Shown piece after piece: positions 57,633 through 64,000 of a stretch of 64,000 nucleotides of DNA. The stretch is from assembly GCA_050943895.1 (NCBI GenBank), contig JBMNQA010000008.1, forward strand, positions 26,351 through 90,350, given 5' to 3'. How positions within the stretch are numbered: the stretch's first letter is position 1; every line of letters starts with the position of its first letter. The translations under genes and the position numbers were made by a program. The notes under the pieces were generated by a model that searched no databases, had not been told where the DNA came from, and saw nothing but the letters and a program-made list of their open reading frames with translations. Origin of the DNA: Lawsonibacter sp. (GTDB lineage: Bacteria; Bacillota; Clostridia; Oscillospirales; Oscillospiraceae).

Positions 57633-57820
57633 GTGGACTCCTCCTTTCTGCATTTGGCTGTCGTGACACCCAGTATAGCACGTCCAACTGTCTCGAGCAA
57701 TGGGAAAACCGTGGGTTTTTGGCCAAACTTCTTGGGAAACCTTGACTTTTTCTCCGGTCCTCCATACAATAATGGTTACGAGTTTTCCAATCCATTCTGA
57801 TGATAAAGGACTGAAACAAT

Positions 57821-59266
57821 ATGGCTCAGAACGCCAATAAGAAACAAGTGGAACAGATTACCGACATGGAGCAAGATTTTGCCCAGTGGTACACCGATGT
57901 GTGCAAAAAGGCGGAACTGATTGACTACTCCTCCATTAAGGGAATGTTTATCTACCGTCCCTATGGGTACGCTATCTGGGAAAACATTCAGGCAGAGTTG
58001 GATAAACGCTTTAAGGAGACCGGACATGTGAACGTGTATCTGCCTATGTTAATCCCCGAATCCCTGCTGCAGAAGGAGAAGGACCATGTGGAGGGGTTTG
58101 CACCTGAGTGCGCCTGGGTCACCATGGGAGGCAGCGAAAAGCTAGAGGAGCGGTACTGTATTCGCCCCACCTCTGAAACTCTTTTCTGCGAGCACTATAA
58201 AAATGTCATCCATTCCCACCGGGACCTGCCCAAGTTGTATAACCAGTGGTGTAGCGTGCTACGCTGGGAAAAGACCTCCCGTCCTTTCCTGCGCCACCGG
58301 GAGTTTTTGTGGCAAGAGGGCCATACCATGCATGCCACCGAGGAAGAGGCACGGGAAGAGACGCAGCAGATGCTCAACATCTACGCCGATTTCTTGGAAA
58401 ATGTGTTGGCTATGCCGGTGGTCAAGGGCCGCAAGACGGAAAAAGAGAAGTTTAACGGAGCCGAGGAGACATACACTGTTGAGTGTATGATGCACGACAA
58501 GAAGGCACTTCAGTCTGGTACGAGTCATTACTTTGGCGATGGTTTTGCCCGGGCTTTTGACATTACCTTCACCGGCAGTGACAACCAACTCCACTATCCC
58601 CACCAGACCTCCTGGGGAGTATCCACCCGAATGATCGGGGGTATTATTATGACTCACGGCGACAATAACGGCTTGGTGTTACCTCCCCGTATTGCTCCCA
58701 TCCAGGCCATGGTCATTCCAGTGGCGCAACACAAGGAAGGGGTGCTGGAGGCAGCTTCTGCGCTTCTGGACCGGCTGAAAAAGGCTGGTATCCGTGCCGA
58801 GATGGATGATTCCGATCAATCTATGGGCTGGAAAGCGGCTCAGTATGAGATGAAAGGGGTCCCGCTGCGCGTAGAAATTGGACCCAAGGATATGGAGAAA
58901 AATCAGTGCTGCATTTGCCGCCGAGATTCCGGGGAAAAGGTGTTTGTTTCTCTGGATGAACTTGAGACAGTGGTACCCCAGATGCTGGATGCCGTTCACA
59001 ACGGGCTATACCAGCGGGCGAAAAAGAATCTGGAGGAGCACACGAAGGTCTGTCTTACGGTGGACGAGGTCAAAGCCTTTATGGAGTCTGAGGGCGGATT
59101 TGCCAAGACAATGTGGTGCGGCGAACAAGACTGCGAGTTGAAGATGAAAGAATTGGCCGGGGTTTCCTCTCGGTGTATGCCATTTAACCAGGAAAAGGTG
59201 AGCGATACCTGCGTGTGTTGTGGGAAGCCTGCCAAGCATATGATTCTCTGGGGCGTGGCCTATTAA
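57821..59266 (+). CDS. proS: Proline--tRNA ligase (short archaeal/eukaryote-like type)
   Basis: [43 protein letters not shown]-terminal CVCCG...WGVAY. Confidence 0.97.
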   Translation: MAQNANKKQVEQITDMEQDFAQWYTDVCKKAELIDYSSIKGMFIYRPYGYAIWENIQAELDKRFKETGHVNVYLPMLIPESLLQKEKDHVEGFAPECAWVTMGGSEKLEERYCIRPTSETLFCEHYKNVIHSHRDLPKLYNQWCSVLRWEKTSRPFLRHREFLWQEGHTMHATEEEAREETQQMLNIYADFLENVLAMPVVKGRKTEKEKFNGAEETYTVECMMHDKKALQSGTSHYFGDGFARAFDITFTGSDNQLHYPHQTSWGVSTRMIGGIIMTHGDNNGLVLPPRIAPIQAMVIPVAQHKEGVLEAASALLDRLKKAGIRAEMDDSDQSMGWKAAQYEMKGVPLRVEIGPKDMEKNQCCICRRDSGEKVFVSLDELETVVPQMLDAVHNGLYQRAKKNLEEHTKVCLTVDEVKAFMESEGGFAKTMWCGEQDCELKMKELAGVSSRCMPFNQEKVSDTCVCCGKPAKHMILWGVAY

Positions 59267-59269
59267 ATG

Positions 59270-59308
59270 AAATACAGCGGCGGGAAATAAAATCCCGCCG
59301 CTGTATTT
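59270..59308. terminator. Bidirectional terminator between proS and the HAD gene
   Basis: AAATACAGCGGCGGGA...TCCCGCCGCTGTATTT. Confidence 0.85.
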
Positions 59309-59322
59309 GTTCTTATTGCGAT

Positions 59323-59979
59323 CTACTCTAATTCTAACCATTGCGCCAAGTCATGGAGATTAGAGGCAATATAAACTGGTGCGTAAGATGCAAATTCCTG
59401 AGCTTCTGTGGTACCGTTAAGAACGGCGCAGAAAGAACAGCCGGCGTTTTTGGCGGCCCCAGCGTCCAGAATGGTGTCGCCACAAAAAAGTGTCTCCTCC
59501 GGTTTTACACCTAGATGTGCCATGGTGTCTAAAAGCCCCTGTGGATCAGGTTTTGGGTGATGGACATGTTCGCTTCCAACAATGGAATCTAAGGTATGAC
59601 GTACGTGAAAACGTTGCATAATATAGTCGATGGTGTCCCCTCGTTTTGTACTGACGATAGCAGCTTTTATACCTTGGGCCTTCAGCCCCAGTAGTAGTTC
59701 TACTGCACCCGGGAAAAGAACGGTTTCTTCCCGCTGTCGGTCACGAGCCACTGACAAAAACAGCGGACGAAACTGCGCCCGATGCTCTGGGTCGGAGTCT
59801 CCGGTCAACATGGTATAGGCATCCTCCAGTAAATATCCAATGGTGTTTCGCACATCTTCTCGGCTGGGTGCGGGCCAGCCCAGAAGGGGAAAAGCATATT
59901 GGAATCCCGCCACGATGGAATCGGTGGCATCCCCCAATGTATAATCAAAATCGAAACAGACCGCCTTATATGGTTTCAT
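59323..59979 (-). CDS. HAD family hydrolase (phosphoglycolate phosphatase-like)
   Basis: FDFDYTL, VSTK, KPDPQG, CGDTILD. Confidence 0.9.
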   Translation of the reverse strand: MKPYKAVCFDFDYTLGDATDSIVAGFQYAFPLLGWPAPSREDVRNTIGYLLEDAYTMLTGDSDPEHRAQFRPLFLSVARDRQREETVLFPGAVELLLGLKAQGIKAAIVSTKRGDTIDYIMQRFHVRHTLDSIVGSEHVHHPKPDPQGLLDTMAHLGVKPEETLFCGDTILDAGAAKNAGCSFCAVLNGTTEAQEFASYAPVYIASNLHDLAQWLELE

Positions 59980-60282
59980 GGCATGGCCCTCCACTTTTCC
60001 TGCAGTTTGGCTGCTATCATATCACAGCCTGGGAAAGTTGGCAAGGTGGATGACTATAAGGTTTTATAGATGTGCCTTTGCTATAATGGGGCCCGCCAAA
60101 GGATTTACTTTCTCATAACTGTGGTGCGATTTAACTTTCGTAATATGGAAGGGGCTATCCCAGATTGCTGTGTCATACCAGTAACGTCTGTTGATAATTC
60201 TTACAGTATGGGGAAAGAATTGGATTTTTGAATTCTTAATTTTGGCCCTACCCCTTAATGAGAAAGTTTTTTGGAAATTCTA

Positions 60283-60311
60283 TTGACAAATCTCGGTCTA
60301 TTTGATATACT
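60283..60311 (+). promoter_or_regulatory. sigmaA promoter of the tRNA-Thr/Tyr pair
   Basis: TTGACA-N17-TATACT. Confidence 0.85.
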
Positions 60312-60343
60312 ACCCCTTGCTGTTGGACAGCCATACTGATGAT

Positions 60344-60419
60344 GCTGGTGTAGCTCAGCCGGTAGAGCAGCTGATTTGTAATCAGCAGGTCGGGGGTTCG
60401 AATCCGTCCACCAGCTCCA
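60344..60419 (+). tRNA. tRNA-Thr(TGT)
   Basis: 76-nt cloverleaf GCTGGTG...CACCAGC-T-CCA, anticodon loop TT-TGT-AA, GTTCGAATC T arm. Confidence 0.97.
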
Positions 60420-60432
60420 TAGTTTTTTACCT

Positions 60433-60517
60433 GGAGGAGTTCCCGAGTGGCCAAAGGGGGCAGACTGTAAATCTGTTGCGTTTCGCTTCGGTGGTTCGAA
60501 TCCACCCTCCTCCACCA
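60433..60517 (+). tRNA. tRNA-Tyr(GTA)
   Basis: 85 nt with a long variable arm, anticodon loop CT-GTA-AA, 3' ACCA. Confidence 0.97.
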
Positions 60518-60694
60518 GAGCAAGGTCGCCGCAAACGTTACATCGTTTGCGGCGATTTTTTATGAATGTTAGAGGCTGCTTCGATAGGCAGACTGGTTGA
60601 TCTTTTTTGGCAGACGGTTTAGCCCCAAAACAGTAGAATTGGAAAAGCGAAAAACATCCCCATCAATGAATCGATGGGGATGTTTTCTGTGTGA

Positions 60695-61105
60695 TTATAA
60701 ATATTTTTTGACGCCGTCAGGGGCCAAAGAAACGTCGTCGCTGATGGTAATGGTAAACTTAATGTTATGCTGTTCACCAAATTTATTTAGCCAATCCAGG
60801 AACTTTTCTGTCTCCACATCACAGTCGCCACCTACGATTTTGGTCAGGCTATCAATAAAAATGTGGGTAATGTCATAATTCCCGGCATATAGACCGCTGA
60901 TGAACCCCTTGAGGGCGGTATAGTTGGCAATATCATATTGGCTGGACTCCACAAGACGGATCTGATAGTGAATATCAAAGGTCAACTTGTTGCCCTTCTC
61001 AATGCAGACCACGTTCCCGTGCTCGGTCTGGACAGCGCTGTTGATCAGTTCGATCATCTGCTTGGTCTTACCGGAGCCCTTTTTGCCCATGATGACTCGA
61101 ATCAT
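60695..61105 (-). CDS. Small P-loop NTPase-like protein of unknown function
   Basis: Walker A GKKGSGKT at the N-terminus and Walker B-like IFIDS; 136 aa; AAGGAG RBS. Confidence 0.75.
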   Translation of the reverse strand: MIRVIMGKKGSGKTKQMIELINSAVQTEHGNVVCIEKGNKLTFDIHYQIRLVESSQYDIANYTALKGFISGLYAGNYDITHIFIDSLTKIVGGDCDVETEKFLDWLNKFGEQHNIKFTITISDDVSLAPDGVKKYL

Positions 61106-61217
61106 GTGAATCACTCCTTCAACGTTTGGCGTAGGGAGAATCCCCCTTACTTATTTAACACTTTACCATATCGAGGGGGGTTTTTCAACCGTGTGTTTGT
61201 GAATTTTTTGTGGTAAA

Positions 61218-62576
61218 TTACAGTCGGGACTCCAGCTGTTCTTTTAAAGTTTCATAACCTGGTTTTCCGAGCAGTGCAAACATGTTTTTCTTGTAGGCTT
61301 CCACACCTGGCTGATTAAATGGATTGACCTGAAGCAAGTAGCCCGACAGACCACATACATACTCAAAGAAGTAGATTAGCCACCCTACACTCTCTTCCCC
61401 GATGGCAGGTAACTGCAGCAAAATATTGGGGACGCCACCATCCACATGGGCAAGAATGACTCCGCGCATAGCCTTTTCAGCTACAAAGGATAGCGGTTTG
61501 CCAGCAAGGAAATTTAGACCATCTATATTCTCTGGATCATTGGGAATGAGAAATTCTCCTTTTGGGGCAAATTGTACGACGGTTTCAAACATGAGGCGCT
61601 CGCCTTCCTGGATATATTGCCCCATAGAGTGTAAGTCAGCGGTAAACTCCACGCTGGCGGGGAACAGCCCCTTGCCATCTTTCCCCTCGCTCTCACCATA
61701 CAGCTGTTTCCACCACTCAGAGAAGAAGCGGAAATTCGGCTCATAGCAGGCAAGAAGTTCTACCTTTTTGCCGCTTTCATATAGGGCATGCCGGGCAGCT
61801 GCATACTGCCAGGCAGGGTTGTCTAAACCTGGAGTAGATAATTCTTCCATGGCCTTTCTAGCACCCGACATTAACTGGCTAATGTCGATTCCTGCCGCGG
61901 CAATGGGAAGCAAACCGACTGCAGTGAGGACTGAATACCGACCTCCCACGGCGTCAGGGACCACAAACTTTTCATACCCTTCTGTATCTGCAAGGCCTTT
62001 TAAGGCACCTTTGTGGGCGTCTGTCGTGGCATAAATCCGTTCCCGTGCCCCATCTTTTCCATACTTCTCTTCCAGCATGGATTTAAAAATGCGAAATGCC
62101 ACCGCAGGTTCTGTGGTGGTGCCGGACTTAGAAATGACATTGACGGAGAAATCGCGGTCACCAATAAGAGAGATTAGTTCCAAGAGCGCGTCAGTCGATA
62201 GACCGTTTCCGGCAAAGAAAATATCGGGGGTATCCTTTTTCTTCAAATTGTAGTAGGGAGAGGCCAACAGTTCAATGACTGCTCGAGCGCCTAGGTAAGA
62301 ACCGCCGATGCCAATAACCACCAGAACCTGAGATTGGCGCCGAATTTTTTCTGCTGCTGCCTGAATGCGAGAAAATTCAGCGCGGTCATACTCCTGAGGA
62401 AGGGCGACCCAGCCAGTGAAATCGCCGCCAGGTCCATTGTGGTTGGCCAGCATAGAGGCTGCTTGGGTCAATCCTGCTTGGCGGGAAGTAAGATAGTCCT
62501 GGGGAAGGAATGAAGACAATTTGGATAAATCTATATGCAGCATAAAAATCCTCCTAGTTTTATCTAGTATTCTCAA
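61218..62576 (-). CDS. pgi: Glucose-6-phosphate isomerase
   Basis: [43 protein letters not shown]. True start is probably a few codons downstream. Confidence 0.97.
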   Translation of the reverse strand: MRILDKTRRIFMLHIDLSKLSSFLPQDYLTSRQAGLTQAASMLANHNGPGGDFTGWVALPQEYDRAEFSRIQAAAEKIRRQSQVLVVIGIGGSYLGARAVIELLASPYYNLKKKDTPDIFFAGNGLSTDALLELISLIGDRDFSVNVISKSGTTTEPAVAFRIFKSMLEEKYGKDGARERIYATTDAHKGALKGLADTEGYEKFVVPDAVGGRYSVLTAVGLLPIAAAGIDISQLMSGARKAMEELSTPGLDNPAWQYAAARHALYESGKKVELLACYEPNFRFFSEWWKQLYGESEGKDGKGLFPASVEFTADLHSMGQYIQEGERLMFETVVQFAPKGEFLIPNDPENIDGLNFLAGKPLSFVAEKAMRGVILAHVDGGVPNILLQLPAIGEESVGWLIYFFEYVCGLSGYLLQVNPFNQPGVEAYKKNMFALLGKPGYETLKEQLESRL

Positions 62577-62741
62577 ATAATCCTAAGGTAAAATGCATTA
62601 AATAGTTTGAGTGGTGCTACACGCCAGAAATTGAGTCCGGATGTATTCCTTATTATACCATAATTTCATAAGCTTTTCATTGGGAATTTGCAACATTAAC
62701 CTGCGGGAAGAAAAAAGATTTTCTATCAACCAGAAAAAGTA

Positions 62742-62770
62742 TTGACAAAAAGGAAAAGTCCAGGTAAAAT
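62742..62770 (+). promoter_or_regulatory. sigmaA promoter of tRNA-Val
   Basis: TTGACA-N17-TAAAAT. Confidence 0.85.
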
Positions 62771-62784
62771 AATCTTCGCTGTTC

Positions 62785-62860
62785 GGACGATTAGCTCAGC
62801 TGGTAGAGCATCCGCTTGACGTGCGGGAGGTCACAGGTTCAAGTCCTGTATCGTCCACCA
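62785..62860 (+). tRNA. tRNA-Val(GAC)
   Basis: 76 nt GGACGAT...ATCGTCC-A-CCA, anticodon loop TT-GAC-GT. Confidence 0.95.
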
Positions 62861-62914
62861 TATAAAACCCTTGAAACCAAACGGTTTCAAGGGTTTTTTC
62901 TTTGCCCCGACCGC

Positions 62915-62936
62915 TTTTACCCTTATTTTACCCTTA
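62915..62936 (+). repeat. Tandem 11-bp repeat, probable integrase arm-type site
   Basis: TTTTACCCTTA x2 between the tRNA-Val terminator and the integrase stop codon. Confidence 0.6.
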
Positions 62937-62958
62937 TTGGGTCTTGCTCTGAACCAGG

Positions 62959-63795
62959 TTAGGCAGACACGCTTTGAATGAACTTCTCCATGCGGTCCGC
63001 GCTGGCCTGCTTCATCTGGGCTGTCACATGGCCGTACACATCTAAGGTAAACGCCGCCGTCGCATGACCCAGGTTCTCCTGTACCGTCTTAATGTCATCC
63101 CCGCTCTGGATTGCCATAACCGCGTAGGTATGCCGCAAGTCATGGAACCGGGTGACTGAAAAGCCCATTTTCTTTACAACTCGCTTAAAACAGTCATAGG
63201 CCGTCCGATAGGACAGATAGCCCCCAACCGCATTTGAAAAAATAAGATTGCTTTCCTGCCAGAGTTCGCCCGCCTTCGCCCGCATACCGTTCTGCCTGAT
63301 TTTTTGCAGTTGGAATATGCGAACCACAGAGGGAGCCAGAGTCAGTACACGGGGTTTGTTGTTCTTGGGCAGCGCGAAATAATATTTCCCGCCCTTCTGC
63401 TTTTCACGACAGAGTTGCTGCTTAACCGGGAGTGTCCTCTACTCCATGTCCAGACAGTCTCAGGTAAGCCCCAGTATCTCCCCTTGCCGCAGACCTGTAA
63501 ACATGTTAATTTGATACAGGTATTCATGAGGATGACCCCGGGTGGCCTTTAGAAGTGCAGAAACCTGCTCCGCCTCTAAGGGATTGATTTCCGCCTTAGT
63601 CACCTTTGGTGGCTTACATGCGCTTGTGGAATTGCGCCGAATATACCCAAGCAGAACCGCCTGTTCCAGAGCCTTATGGAGCACACCGTGGACATTCCGA
63701 ACCGTTTTGGCAGACAGAGGCTTGCCCTCTTTTCTGTCCGGGGCCATTAAACGATTATACATGCTCTGGACCTGGAGCGGGGTCAAATCCTGTAT
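62959..63795 (-). pseudogene. Tyrosine recombinase (integrase) remnant at tRNA-Val
   Basis: One reading frame carries TGLRQGE, LPKN, FHDLRH, LGHA and VYGH. It is interrupted by in-frame TGA (63460-63462) and TAG (63439-63441), and the N-terminus is missing. Confidence 0.9.
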
Positions 63796-63940
63796 CCTTC
63801 CCCATAAAAAGCCTCGCCTCTATGGGTGTGGCTTTTATTTAAAAAATTTAAATTGAATTTCAGATTATAAGAAAAGACCGGTTGAGGAAAAATTGCATAG
63901 AAATAAAAACGATACATATGCTATTCCTGGGTGATTCAAT

Positions 63941-64000
63941 GTGAAGAAAAAACGCTGGAAGTCGTATGCGGCCTGGATTTTGCTGGCAGAAGGGGTTGGG
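63941..64000 (+). CDS. Start of a membrane protein, possibly TspO/MBR family (runs off the window)
   Basis: GGTGA RBS, GTG, then KKKRWKSYAAWILLAEGVG. A sigmaE/K-like GCATA-N15-CATATGCT lies at 63895-63922. Confidence 0.45.
   Translation, partial: MKKKRWKSYAAWILLAEGVG

Noticed and set aside
57700-57820. T-box leader for proS
   Set aside because: The TTGACT-N17-TACAAT promoter leaves a leader of only ~45 nt with no T-box motif or terminator.
59995-60260. Hidden gene or RNA in the HAD-tRNA intergenic region
   Set aside because: Only very short ORFs without RBS, and no convincing structure.
60248-60565. ORF-track peptides of 86-91 aa over the tRNA region
   Set aside because: They are translations of tRNA-Thr/tRNA-Tyr sequence or its antisense.
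63327-63460. Frameshift or programmed recoding in the integrase
   Set aside because: Both pieces are in the same frame and the breaks are two simple nonsense codons.

Overview
A 64 kb, mostly housekeeping stretch of a spore-forming Firmicute chromosome. A Clostridia/Oscillospiraceae-like host is inferred from gene content and is not verified. Core genes: glgP (partial), sigV-rsiV, pyrG, gap, maf-mreC-mreD-pbp2, dut, U32 hydroxylase, zapA, dnaD/dnaC-like pair, lspA, RluA-family synthase, spoIIQ-like, rpsT, gpr, rpsF-ssb-rpsR, niaR, proS, pgi and three tRNAs (Thr-TGT, Tyr-GTA, Val-GAC). Accessory DNA: an AT-rich XRE regulator, a GntR/aminotransferase/TRAP module fused head-on to a FadR/amidohydrolase/HD module, and a decayed integrase behind tRNA-Val. 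The best candidate for an undescribed system is the three-gene cluster at 34668-41903. It encodes a ~1600-aa HD + helical + HIGH-type nucleotidyltransferase + GNAT-like + PRTase-like protein, an LDH-fold protein with an altered active site, and a tandem flavodoxin/Fe-S protein. Other notable items: a guanidine-IV-type riboswitch with compensatory kissing-loop changes ahead of a MATE pump; a 44-bp perfect palindrome (NiaR box) ahead of an orphan 'PTS IIC' permease; a His-less histidine-kinase homologue; an AsnO homologue with a remodelled active site; an unannotated 29-aa hydrophobic peptide gene; several sigmaF-type promoters; and a degenerate copy of the tRNA-Val 3' end exactly where the integrase is truncated. 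No CRISPR array, rRNA or intact transposase was seen. All family assignments come from motif recognition by eye; no database search was run.
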